From contig JBLDXI010000013.1 of NCBI GenBank assembly GCA_047495785.1, forward strand, positions 1,364,001 to 1,428,000: a stretch of DNA of 64,000 bases, given 5' to 3'. Position 1 is the first letter of the stretch; every line of letters starts with the position of its first letter. Source of the DNA: Lepidodermella squamata (lineage: Eukaryota; Animalia; Gastrotricha). Position numbers and translations under genes: made by a program. Under the pieces are notes generated by a model. The model was not told the DNA's origin. It was given only the letters and a program-made list of their open reading frames with translations, and did no database searches. This document shows positions 11,510 to 24,380 of this stretch, piece by piece.

Positions 11510-13233
11510 ATGGTAAAAATTACCGAAGTTGAGGATGAAGTAAATGAGATCAATGAAAAGTCCGAAAATGTAGACGATGGCGACAATGGTCAGGCCAAAG
11601 AGGGTAAACGGCGCCCGAAACGGCCTAAAGTGAAGAAAGAGAAGCCGATGAAACAACCTGTTCACAAAAATGCTAAAAAGAAACGACAGTCGGCCGACCC
11701 TGATGACTTGGACGATGGCGAGGAAGAGGAATCTGGCGAAAGTGAAGTCGAAGGCGATGGAAAGTCGAAAGTTTACCTGCCTTCAATGCCTCTGGGTGAA
11801 GACGAAGAGTTGGTATGCGATCCAAAAGCCTACAGACTACATCACCAAGTAAATCACCCCAAAAATTGTTTTCTCCGTCTCTACTATTTTCTTTCTTAGG
11901 TTCAAACCGGCTACCCATGCTTGTGTTTTGATGTTATTCCTGATAGCGACAATAAAAACAATAAGAAAACGAATTTTGACTGTTACATCGTTGCTGGGAC
12001 TCAAGCTGAAAAGCGACACGCGAATAGAGTTCTCGTAATGAAGTTGGAAAACCTTCAAGTGAAAACTCCGTCGAGCGATTCTGAGGATTCATCTTCTAAT
12101 GACGAAGACTCCGAGTCGGAAAACGAAGGCGATACCGGATCAAGACCGCAGTTATACGCCTCGGCTATTCGTCACGCTGGGGCTGTTAATAGGATAAAAT
12201 TCAGTGCCTCCAATACCCGCGCGCTTCCTTTGGTCGCAGCCTGGTCCGACGAGGGTCGGGTTGGTATCTACGACGTTTCAGCTGCCTTGGCCAGCTTGAA
12301 TAGCAGCGAATCGAGAAATTTTATCAGTGGCAAAGCTTCGTCGAGCAAAAGCCGATTACCAAAAGATGTAGCAGCCGATGAGCCGATGATTTACTCGTTC
12401 AGCGGGCATGAAACTGAAGGTTTCGCCTTGGACTGGTCACCTACCGTCGGTGGTCAGCTGGTTTCGGGAGATTGCGCCGGTAAAATTCATTTGTGGATAC
12501 CTCGAGAGGGTGGCACGTGGAATATCGATCCGAAACGCCCGTTTGCTGACCATGAATCTAGCGTCGAAGATTTACAATGGTAATTTTTCGATTTATAACT
12601 CAGCGCTCAACTATTCCAGATAACATTTGGAATAATACACATTGCAATTGAAAGTATATGCGCAAATCAGCTAAAAATATTTATTTTAGGTCTCCGACCG
12701 AGAAATCAGTGTTCTGCTCATGCTCAGCTGATGCTTCCATTCGTGTCTGGGACGTTCGATCGGCTAATCGGAAAAGCCAACTTAGCATTAAGGAGGCTCA
12801 CTCTTCTGATATCAACGTAATTTCGTGGAATCGTACTGAATCTTCCTTGCTGCTTTCTGGCGGTGACGATGGTTCTCTTAAAGTTTGGGACTTCCGTAAT
12901 TTCAAGCAACCTGTTGCTCATTTTTTGCATCACAACGGTCCAATCACATCGGTTCAATGGTGCCCACATGATTCTTCCGTTTTTGCTGCGTCTGGTGAAG
13001 ATAACCAGCTTACCCTATGGGACTGCTCTGTCGAACCTGACGACGAAACCAATGAAAATAAGGAGAAGAGTGAAGATAGCGAGGAAGATGGAGTCAAGGT
13101 GCCTCCTCAGCTCCTATTTATTCACCAGGGCCAGAAGGAAATTAAAGAACTACGGTGGTACCCACATTCCGAGGGCGTCGTGCTCTCTGTCGCATCGACT
13201 GGTCTAGATATTTTCAGAACTATTTCTGTGTGA
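11510..13233 (+). CDS. GRWD1: Glutamate-rich WD repeat protein 1 (RRB1, ribosome biogenesis); 3 exons
   Basis: Acidic N-terminus, ELVCDPKAY, GYPCLCFDV, GHETEGFALDWS, SVEDLQW|SPTE and PPQLLFIHQGQKEIKELRW. Confidence 0.95.
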
Positions 13234-13442
13234 AAAAGCTCAACCGTTGCTATGGCTAAGGCGAGAGGTGCTGAGGTTTAAAGTGAAAGTTTTGTTGAGG
13301 ATTTTTCTAACCAAAATAAATGAATTTATTGCAATTTTTACCCTGGCTTTTGCTTTGACACCTGCTTGCGGCCCTTATTGTGAAAAAAATACTGAAACTG
13401 TCTTCTTGTGCCTAAAAACTAGAAATTTTCAAAGAAACAAAA

Positions 13443-15987
13443 ATGCAGAGACAACAACCGCAGTGTCGCTATTTCCCGTGCAAGTGTTTCGCATTGGGTA
13501 GTGGCATTTCATGTCAGGTTTACAACGCTTTGCATCAGCCTAGTAGCCAGTTCCGAGTCGGCGGTAATGGCACTAGCAATCTCGGCACGCCAAACCCGCA
13601 AAATCGTATTTGCGCTGCGAAACAAATCAACGCTGACCATGCGGCGACGAAATACGCCCAGATCGAAATTGACATTCTGAAGAGCCTGCAACATCCCAAT
13701 ATTGTAGGTCTATTGGACGTGGTCCCGTTCAGTGACGGAAAAATTGCATTGTTCATGGAACGCTGCGATGGAAATTTGGATGCGCTCATCAAACGACCCG
13801 AGCATTATTGGGGCTTACCTGCACCTCTTGTTTTATCCCTAGTCTCGCAGTACACGGAAGGTTTCCGATATCTGTAAGTCGATTTCTGTAAAGGAAATCT
13901 TTAGAAATATGTTTTCTTACTAATGACCAGGTATGACCACAATGTTGTTCATCGCGATATAAAGCCGCTGAACATTTTATACAACATAAATTCGGCGCCA
14001 TCGAGTCAAACGAATGCTGCTAATTACGGCCGGAGAGATGAATTTATTTTCAAACTGGCTGATTTTGGCGTTGCTAAGAAAACAGGTGGTGATCAACAAG
14101 GCGATGTCCTGAAAAGTCTAGTCGGCACTCCTGAGTTCTTGTGCCCTGAGGTTTAATGACTCACTCACACCTCATTTTTATATCCCCTGCCGTGTGTTAT
14201 TATATTTGCAGGTTCTAAGAGGCCGTTATGGACCCACCGCTGATTTGTGGAGTGCTGCTGTTATGTTTTATTTTTCGATCGCTGGACATTTGCCGTTTAT
14301 CGGCCGCGATTTTCACAGCAAATTCTCCAACTACCTAATGCTGCTCGCTTCCTCTCGTCGCTATGACGACATCGCGGCCTACTGCGGCTCGGCCGATCTC
14401 AGCCAAATCGAGTTCTCATCGACCCTACCGCAGTACTGTCAGCTATTCGGCCGGCTTAAGGTGGTTTTCGAGAAACTTCTTCGACTTATGCTTTCCCCGG
14501 CATTGAACAAATCACTCGACCCCGGCCATGGCGTTCAGGGCGCTCATGATTCACTGGGCGTCGTTGGTCAGGCGGCGCTCGAGTCGACGAAAAAGATGTT
14601 TGACAGATTTTTTGAATATGTTGGCGCTATCACAAGTAAGATTGAGAGAAATGATCTAAATAAGTGATGAAAACCAATTTTTTTACCAGAGCACTGCTGG
14701 TTTCATATTTTCGATATATCTACCGGCACCATCAGTGTTGCTCATCTGAATCCTGACATGTTTGCTAAATCTGACGACGAGCTGGTCCAGGCACTGATCG
14801 AAGCTTCCACAAAGGCGATTGAAAATCGGCCATTGTCACAAATCGGGTCTTCCGGGTGTTTGGAGTCATTTAAAGGAAAGCTGGTATTCGAGGGTGGCTT
14901 GTTAGCTTTTCGCAGTCGGTTCCTTTCCGGGACTTTGACTGATTGGCGCAAAACTCTGCTAGTCTGCGCTTCTAATTTGTCCAGCGCAGGAACGGCTACC
15001 AATCCTTTCCGGGGCAGTTTCGAAAACTTGATGGGCGAGTTGTTCATCAAGCGTGAACTTGACTTCAGCCGTTTGCCAAAAGCTACTGCCCAATTCATTG
15101 AGCGATGCGTGTATTTGATCAACACGGGTATATTCCCTGCCTTATCAGCTCAGCGGTCGAATGTCTACGGCCGCCTAGAGGCATCGAAGCGAGTGGTTAA
15201 AATGGCTAGTCTTCCTGAAATGTTGGCGGAGCCTTTCAACGACCAGTTGGAGCATGCAACCCAGGCATTATCGGCTTGCTCTGGCACGGCTGTGGTTCAA
15301 AAGCGCCTTGACGCCTTCTCTATGATTTCGACGTGCCTTTCAAAGGCCCAGGCTCTGGCTCATCAGTGCGATAATTTGGCATCGATCAATCCAGTTTCTG
15401 GAGGCAGCGGACCGCAGTGCAGTCACCTTCACAACCCAGCTCATAGAGATCTCACTCAACTTGTTGTTTCAGCGACCTCGGTCGGCCGAAGTGACATCAA
15501 CAAGCAAAGGGTTAGTCAACTGATTTTGTTACATTTCAACTGTTAATAATTGTTAATAATTTAGATGAAAGTTGTGGCTGATTTCTTCGCAGCCGCAGAT
15601 TTGCTCCTCGGCGATACCTTCAAAACACTTTCTACCATGGCTCATACGTCGGATAGCTTGGACAACATGGAAACTCAGCTGTTCGATCTTTGCAACCACG
15701 CCTCAGCGCTTTCGCCGCGCGCCGCTGATGACAATAAGATGGATACGCTACAGCCCGGTGAACCAGTTGGAACGACTTTCGGTCTAAACAACTCGCGACC
15801 AGCTTCAGAGGCTTCCTTGTTTCAGTCCTCCAGGCCGGATAGCATCGAAGCATCGCTGTCTCAGATCGAAGGCGATCCAAACGTGAAGAGGTCTCTGGTT
15901 GTTTTGCTATCGAACTTGAACGCTCTTCAAGCTGCTGTCAACAAAAGAAATGCCAATTTTTCGCTAAATGGAGATGCCCAGTTTTAG
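13443..15987 (+). CDS. IKK-related Ser/Thr kinase (TBK1/IKK-epsilon-like); 5 exons
   Basis: AAK, HRDIKPLN, DFG, DVLKSLVGTPEF, YGPTADLWS..GHLPF, HYWGLP and FDRFFEYV..FHIF start of the ubiquitin-like domain, all resembling TBK1/IKKe. Helical C-terminus. Confidence 0.75.
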
Positions 15988-16944
15988 ACTGCTGATCACG
16001 AAAAAGAGAGATTTTCCAACTTGATTTCTACTGACATCGATCTATGTTATATATTTCTTTTGATTGGAATACAATAATTCGAAGCTTGCTAAAACTGTTC
16101 GTGTAATTATCATGATGGTACTAACTCGTCATTATTCGAGGTAAAAAAACCTGTGGAAATCAAGAAGCTATATTATCCAAGCGATTATATTATTACTATT
16201 GTTTATTTTTTGACGTTTATTAGTCTGCCTTTGTACTCGACGAGGTTTGAAAGCGTTGTGAAATCCCACTGGTACACACATAGTCGATGCTGTTTTCGTA
16301 CGATCGCAATATCCGACATATGTTGATTTGTGAACAAAAAGTTTAATAAAGCAAAATACTTCGTTTGGTTTTTTTTTATTGTTTGTGAAACTGCGAATTG
16401 ATTTTTGAACATGAAAGCTGAATATTGATGCGACATACAAGTAATGTTTTCAACTCGGGTGAGTAGGCGACACGAAAACGATATAAAACAAATAAATCAC
16501 AGACTTGTCAGAAGGCATGATAAAAATAACCGCATCCAAAACATTTCATGTAAAAATAAGCTGTACGATGCTAAAACGAGAGAATAAGAACAAGAAAGGC
16601 ATGAACATTCCATGTCTCCACGTAATACTTGATAATTACATCAGCACGCCTCATGCCTACAATCAAACGCGCCGAAGGCGGAAGTTATCAGAGCGAAGGA
16701 AAATATCAGGGCAATTTTTTGAACGATTTTTGTGAAAATAATGTTCAACAATCAAGTGCATAAACACATAAGTAACACTTTCATGGATAGGCAGATGAGA
16801 GATGTCAATTTAAGACATGCTCTTTAAGCTAACTGTAGCAAGAAAACTTCTGCATAAAACATAATCGCATCGCTCAAATGATGCAGGGGATAATTAAAAT
16901 TTTGAAGCTCGAAGCTTTGCCTCAGCACTGAAAAGTCTAGATAA

Positions 16945-19054
16945 TCACACTTGCTCGGATCCGTATACTTCAGAGAATCGAGGAGATAGAACCGCCCCCG
17001 CTTGTGGCCTGTCATTTGTATTATTTTGAGTATTGTTCGCCGTAAAAATGCTGTACGTCGTCGCACGAATCGGCGGCAGATGGCCGCTGCTTTCTGTGAC
17101 GCTGGCACCATCTATAGGAGGGGGTGTTCGACGCAAATGTTGCATTTTTGCATTTTCAGGCACCCCGGTAAAAATATTCCAATTATTCGGCGCACGGTAT
17201 CCAATTGACGCTAATCGGGGGGCGACGACATCTCCTGTTGAAGGATCAATTCCACCTCTGTGGATTGTTCCTTGTTCATCGTCGCTTTGCTCGTCGGGGT
17301 CATCAATGGTACCAATCTGCGCGACTCGAACGTGAAATGGGAAAAATCTGTTGTTATGAGTTGGCCACATCAACCCCTGAAAAATGGGTTGCAAAATAAT
17401 CCTTATCATGAATCAAAAGCCTGAACTCACAAGAATAACGGCGTATGCCAGGAAAGTTACTGATAGCTCGATGATGGTTACGACTTTCAGTCTGACCCAT
17501 TTGTCAATGACCACGGTTCCCAAGAACACAAAAATTGGGAAGGCGAAAAACCTGCAGTAAAAAATGACTTGCAACGCAGATGTTTGGATATAGGATTCTT
17601 ACCAAATGGTGTAGATGCTGAAAAACGTATAGTAAAATTCCGATTTGGTTTTGTGATGGTGAATGGTGCGGAAGCACGCATATGCAAAGTAGATCCATAC
17701 ACCAATACGGACGGCGCATATTCCGTAGCCACCTGGACTCTGGTATAGATAAAGGACAACTGCTGGGTCGAACATCTGCAATAAAAATATGCATTGAGCT
17801 CAAGTTAATTTGCACGGTTATCCCCAACTTACAGCCATTTCGTAGAAAAACAGAACGGCGTAAAGAAACGTCAGCAATATCACAATAGTAGCAACCACAA
17901 TCTGAACTATTCCAGCCAGTCTCCCATGAGTAACCGTATATCCTTTGGCAAGCAGCAATAGCAGCGAAATGAATAGGATGGTAGATATAGCGTAGAGAAC
18001 GTATGCTAAGAACGCAATAGCGATAACAATGAATTAAGTTTTTAGCAAGAGAAAACTTACAAGTATTAACCAGAGCGCGTATTTCGTAGCCAGAGACACT
18101 TATGTTGGCATAGGCAGCCAGTAAAAAAATGACCGAGAGATCGAAAAATATGAGCGACCAAAAGTAGAGCTTGAAGGTCATGTGCAGGAAGTTTAGTTCA
18201 GATAATTCGTAGGCAACATAAGCCGAGCAGAACACGAGAATTTGGAGAAGGACTATAAACACGATACATGTTTCCAGGATACCGAACTCGTCAGCAGAAA
18301 ATTCTTTCTTCATAGGATCAGAAGGATCATTGCGGAAACTGAATTGATATTTCACACCAGAGAGACCAGCAGGATTAGCACAAGAGGCGATCGCAAAGTA
18401 CCACCATCTATCTCGAATAGTTGAAAAAGTTCTTGTTCCTTCGCACAACCAAGATCTTTGCACGGCTGTAAGTCAACGGGAGTTTTTCAACTATTTAAGG
18501 TTGATAAGAAAATGCTTACTTGCGTCGGGTCGCAGTTGCTCCCAAGGCATAACTTCTTGTATAAAAGTGCCATTGGGTGATTGAATCATGAGCTTGCAAC
18601 CGGAACCCGGATCACGAGAAGTGAGAGTTATTACTTGGTTGAGCTCGCGCCTCAAGACTCCAACTTTACGTGAGCAGTTCTTAAATTCAGAGCCTTGATA
18701 AACTTCAGCCCATTTATCATCATAGTACAACAGCAGGTCGTAGCCGATTTCCGTACCATCGGGGTAAAAATTCTTCAAAGAAAAATAAAATTAGAACAGG
18801 TTGACAGTTGAAATGAATCAACTAACAAGAGGATAGGATATTGTGTAGCTCATGTCACCATTTGTGGACAAGAAGCAGAATCTTGCAATGAATGACCAAT
18901 CCTGAAAAAATCAATTAATTCCCCAAACCGCAGAATGGTTAATGCTTACCGAAGAAGAGTCAAGTGAACCGTCGTATTTCTTTGAAATGACTGAGGACAT
19001 CAGACAAAGCAAACATGTCGCCAGCACTTCCAAGTTGCTGATGGATAAATCCAT
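16945..19054 (-). CDS. TMEM145: Transmembrane protein 145 (GOST/GPR180-like 7TM); multi-exon
   Basis: Signal peptide then KYDGSLDSSS|DWSFIARFCFLS, RDRWWYFAIASC, EFSADEFGILE, LAKGYTVT, FDPAVVLYLYQSPGGYG and PTHNNRFFPFHVR. Confidence 0.92.
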
Positions 19055-19410
19055 TTTGCGAATAATGAGCTAAGATTTCAAGGATCTAGAGAAGGAGGCC
19101 GACTTCAGATCTCCTGCTCCCCATATTCGTCATCGATATTTGTTGATTGTGGGTGGCATTTTGGCGTCTGCTATTACCAACGCAACGGTTTTTGGCGGCT
19201 ATTTTTATATAGTTGATTAAAATAGTTGATAATAAATATTAATGATAAATTCAGAAATTATATTTTTATTAGCGTCCTTAGTAACGACTGATTTATGGTA
19301 AAGCACCGCTTATTGTGGTCACCGCACGCATGCGCAGTTACTCAAGACGTGAATAAGGATAGTGCTTTGCGCATTATTTGGAGTGTACCTAATTATTTGT
19401 TTCTTTTTAC

Positions 19411-19993
19411 GCCGTTTCATATTCCAGACGCTATGAAATGCTTCCCAATCACTGCTCTAGAAGCAAAGTGCCTCCCAAGCAGGTAAATAAACATGGCGTA
19501 ACAATCACTGCTTCAGAAGCAGTTGCTTCCAAAGCAAATGCTTCCCAAGCAGAGTTTCGCGATTTTTCACCGATGAGCCACAAAAGTAATAAGTAATAGG
19601 AAATCGCAAGTAAAGCCGAAAATTGGATTGTTAAATTCCGAGGTAATGCTTCTCGGTCAAACTCATCTTTCGCCCTGGGTCCTAGCCGCCCTCCATTCAG
19701 ATGTGAAATAAAACAAATTTTTCATTAGCTTTTTATGTTACCATTGAATTCCTTGATCGATCGGTTGATTGATCATGCAACGGATCCTTGCTCTGAGTGG
19801 CCTACAACCCGCGGTAACAGGGCTAAATAGTGAATTTCCTAAAAATTCAGCTTGCTTGAAAGTGCTTCCCAATCAATTGCTTGGGAAGCAATTGCTTGGG
19901 AAGCAGTGCTCTGTAAGCGTGCTGCTTGGGAAGCAGTTGCTTTGGAAGCAATTGCTTGGGAAGCATTTCATAGCGTCTGGAATCTGAAACGGC
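19411..19993. mobile_element. Non-autonomous DNA transposon (MITE/foldback-like), 583 bp, ~38-bp TIRs, 8-bp TSD CTTTTTAC
   Basis: Left end GCCGTTTCAtATTCCAGACGCTATGAAATGCTTCCCAA is the reverse complement of the right end with 1 mismatch. CTTTTTAC occurs at 19403-19410 and 19994-20001. Internal ~15-bp GAAGCAATTGCTTGG-type subrepeats lie in both arms. Confidence 0.9.
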
Positions 19994-21020
19994 CTTTTTA
20001 CATTCGATCTTTGCGTATAATACACATGATACAATTATATAAGTACTTACTTCGAAAGAATTCTCAAGACCCTGCGATTATCTCATACCCTAGCTATCCC
20101 TGTCTCAACGATATAATAGGGTTTAGTGTTGAACCTTATAGTTCGATTTTGTACACAGCCTTATGGCACAAATCATTATATGTAAAAGTAAATTCCTGAA
20201 TACACCTTCCTGTCCTGTAAGTTGCGCAACAATTTTCTAATATTGAAATGTATCTCTTTTCTACACTTGAAGCTACCGGGAGCATCTACCATCATTTCTC
20301 CGCAATTTCATCGTAGAAATAACAAATAGCTTAACGGAGAAAACCAGTATAAACCCTTTGTAACTGGTTTGGGAATTTTCGATATTTTACCTTGTTGTAC
20401 CAAACTTCTCCTCATTATTTCACGTGTCATGTGTCAAGTGTCACACTTAAGTACCAATATCATGACATCTGAAGCATTTGGATTTTTTCCGGCCATAAGA
20501 TGGGACATCGCCTGCAATTTCAGACTCTCTGATCTATTTTTCGTATATTTTCTTTGTTTTGATTACTTGTGGCACACAGTGTTTTGTATCTTGTCACCGT
20601 CAAAGTCTTAATCTAATCTTTACGCACTCAGTTGGTAATCAATTTGATCATTCATTTTAACAGAATACATAATAAACAGAAAATTACTGCTCCCTCTTGA
20701 CCACCTAGGCTTCGATAGTTTCTAGGTTTAAAAGTAGTATTTCCCTGGCCGATTATGAAGATCTCAGATAGTGCTAGGAAAACTCGGCGTAAACAGAACA
20801 GCAGCATGTATTTTCTTTTTGGCCGGAAAAATTCGCGCGCTGTGCTCTAAGATTTAATTTATGTCCCAATCGAAACCAAATTCACGCAGTGTAAATTTCG
20901 AATGTTAATTCTCTACTTCTAATTCTAACGGAAATCGCGTTATGCGAACTGCAATGAATGTAAAATTCTTCAGCCTTCAACATATTTCATGATTTGGGCC
21001 TAGTGTTTTAATTATTGACT

Positions 21021-21357
21021 ATGGCTGCAGCCGGCTTGATGATTACAAATTCTGCACCGAAGTCAATGAAAAGAGCTACAGAATGGAACGAGCAGGTTGA
21101 AAATGCTTACCGCTTCCAATTGGCTGGATATCGCGATGAAATCGACTACCTGACTTTCAACAAAAATAAATTAACAGAGGTTAGTTATCTCCGCTATCTA
21201 AATGATATAATTAATCATCTTTCAACAGGTTACAAGATGGCCCCATAATGGACTCGTGAAGAAGCTCGTGCGTCGCGATGGCTACTTTTATTATTTCAAT
21301 AAGCAACGGGAGTGCCCCGATAAAGACTTGAACAAAGTTAAAATGTACGCCTATTGA
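21021..21357 (+). CDS. MEIG1: Meiosis-expressed gene 1 protein (PACRG partner, sperm flagellum/manchette); 2 exons
   Basis: [28 protein letters not shown]|[36 protein letters not shown]. Confidence 0.95.
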
Positions 21358-21846
21358 ACCCAGCAGACATGGAATACCTTCACTCATATCTCACATTAGG
21401 TATTAAATATATTGCTTAGAATCGCTCGATTGCTCCTCAGTGATGCCTTTATGCTCTATATTTTTGTTTACTGTAAACTCCGCTAAAGTTTCATGTTAGT
21501 TTACTTTGTCAACTTACTACGCAATATAAGTGTTTCTCATTTCTGATTGCGCAAAATGCCAACAAAGTAGTTTGTTTCCTGTCTATGAGTATGCGATTGA
21601 GAGGCATCTCGAAGTGCGAAAGACTTACGTGATGAATTGCATCGCATGAATAAATATGTATGTATAATATACAACAGATTTTTACTCAGTTCTGGTCAAA
21701 TTGGTTTCGTTTTGAAAGCTGCATTCTGTTTCATTGCAGGTATGGGTCGTGATTAAAATATTGAATCAACGCCGAATGACGCAACGCAGAGCTTTATTAG
21801 GAAATCAATTGCTTGGAATCAAAAAGGCACAGCTGATATCACGTTT

Positions 21847-22452
21847 TCATTGTTTTTTAATCTCCAGATACTTCATTTTTTCTGCGTCAGCAGTTGGCAA
21901 GGCTACTTGGGATGCATCATCAGTGGTTACACCAGAAATAGCAGCAGATATAGACTTTGCATAGAGCTCTTCGTAGGATGGTATCGAAATTGAGTGCTTG
22001 ACTTCATAGAACGTCCATGTTTTGTCAACTTTATCCAGATGGATGTCAAGGTGGTCGATGATGAAGTCTTCGGAAGCTTTCCTGCGAACGCCGTAAACAA
22101 AAAGATCACCAGATCCTTTCGCGCCCGTCACTGGGATCGATAGTTTAGTCACGAAACGGCCTTGATAGTTCTCGGTTCGATTCCAAGGGTAAAGATTTTT
22201 CGGCTGAATAGGCTGACCCAGGTAATCCACAGCCGGTTTGTAATGACGGAGTAGATTCACAGCTTCAATGTAAATTGGCATTTTCACGAATTCACCTGCA
22301 ATGGAAAAACATAATAACAAAAGCTTCAACGGGTGTTATTTCCCAAAAACCCATTAATTACCCTCGCGGCGAGATGTGAAATACAGCGCACCAAAGAGAC
22401 TAACAGGCGCCCCGACCACCGCAACTGTGACCAAAAGCCGAGTAGAGGCCAT
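21847..22452 (-). CDS. COA1: Cytochrome c oxidase assembly factor 1 homolog; 2 exons
   Basis: Single N-terminal TM, then YIEAVNLLRHYKPAVDYLGQPI and KLSIPVTGAKGSGDLFVYG. Confidence 0.8.
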
Positions 22453-24380
22453 TTCGTAAGTGACCTGCAATTTTTAAGTTAGCTCTAAATGAACGAAAAT
22501 GTCGGCTGAATTATTCAGGAAATGTTTCCAAGCCACCTAGAGGATGAGATCTGAACTGAGAGTCCCAATGCTATTCGCAACAGTTTCAAAAACGAAATAT
22601 GCCCAATAATCTTAGCAATTTGCAGCTGATCGATAATACTGCACCGGGAATCGAGAAAGGTTTATGCAAACAATGCAAGTTCCTATCCGATAGCGCAAAG
22701 CGAAGAACTCCCTGACGACTGTCACATCCGGCTTCTGATAAGAGAAAAACGAAGTCATGTACAACAAATTTTATTACTTTCCTCACTTCAAATATTAAAG
22801 TAGTGATTATCCGTTTAAAAACAAAAAGTCACTCTTCAGTTCGATTCGATTCAGATATGATAGGAGAATCTATTTGCATTATGTTACAAGAAATATACGT
22901 GTAAAACTGTATGACAAGACACTATTTACATCGAAATGTATACAAACGCAATAATTGTAAATTGATGTTGTCGGTTGAATAACAGGGCTCTTGTAATAAA
23001 AGCAAGGCGTTTCACTATTTAACAGACAGGAATGAGAAACCATAGAAAGAAAATACGAAACAAAAAAATAACGAAATACTCCGTCTGGCTAGAAAAATAT
23101 GCATGAAGGATGAGAAAAAGCTGTGCTTCTGGACAACCATTTCATAAATGCTAAAAACTGTCGTTCTTAAAAAAATCAGCAGGGATTCTAAACTATGGAT
23201 ACTGGAACTGCTTGTTGACTCGCCGGTTTTCCATTTTAGTGGGTGAATTGTAGGACGTGTTTGAGACACTCCGCCCCTATCTATGGTGCAATAGGAATCA
23301 TGATCATCTACCAGGCTCAGAAGCAGATCTTAGGACAGAAACTAGTCGAATCTTAGAAAAACTCGCACCGAGAGCTTATAGATTGCATTACAAATCAGAA
23401 AAGAAATCAGATTAAAATTCAAAATGAAGATCGCTCGGGTTCATCTGAAGCCCACAACAGGTTCTCTCAAATCACCCTTCCCCTACATATCAAATAACAA
23501 ATCTAATGGCTAGAAAAACATACCAGACATGTTTCAACTTAGACATCGTCGCAAAACGTACAAATATTATCGATGTGACAAGCAGAATCAAACCGGTTTT
23601 GCATTGAGGTTCATGACAAGAAGCCCTTTCTCTCGATAAATGAGAAGAGGTAACTAACAATTGTATTCGTATCAAAATTACAGGAAGCGAACACACATAG
23701 TAGATGACGTATTCTTCCAGCCTGTTAAATGTAGCATGTTAAAATTCCTTAAAAGCGAGCTTCAAAAGCAATGTGCATTAGTCTACTCTCCAAGCTTTGA
23801 TTAATTATTATACGATGATTAATTCGACCGAAAGCGAACATGGCACTGTTTTGGTATTTTTCAGGCATAGTTTTGACTAAGTTTCATTTAGGCGCAGAAT
23901 AACAAGATAAAAGTGTACGAACCCCTACAAACCATACACGTTGAAAGGTGCAATTCACTATAGCTCAATCAAGTGATGACGTAAATAATTTAATAAATTA
24001 GAGACAGTTGAAAGGAAAGCCATCACAATTTTGAATGAAAATTTCAGTATTTTAAGTGTCGTTAGTAATTTGCATACAAAATCAAATTTCTTCAGATTAA
24101 AAAAAATGGTGATGAGGCTTGCGAAATGATTGGATATCTTATTGGCAAAAAAGCGAAATAGAAATTTCAGCCGTACACATTTGTTAATATTGTGCAAAGA
24201 GGTCGAAGAAGCGCTGATAACGTGAGAAGAGAAGAGGCTAAACAAAAAATGAGACACATTGTCAGTAATTTTTTCGGCTAGACAGACTGGAAGGAGAGGA
24301 CACACAATTATAATGGTAGATATACATGTTATCAAATCGTTACATCACGCACAGCTGACTGGTGAATTTACAACATTTTG

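Noticed and set aside
19769-20199. ORFs with repeated QLLGK / EAIAW peptides, and a superficially CRISPR-like repeat
   Set aside because: They are translations of the MITE's 15-bp subrepeats. There are no unique spacers and no cas genes, and the context is eukaryotic.
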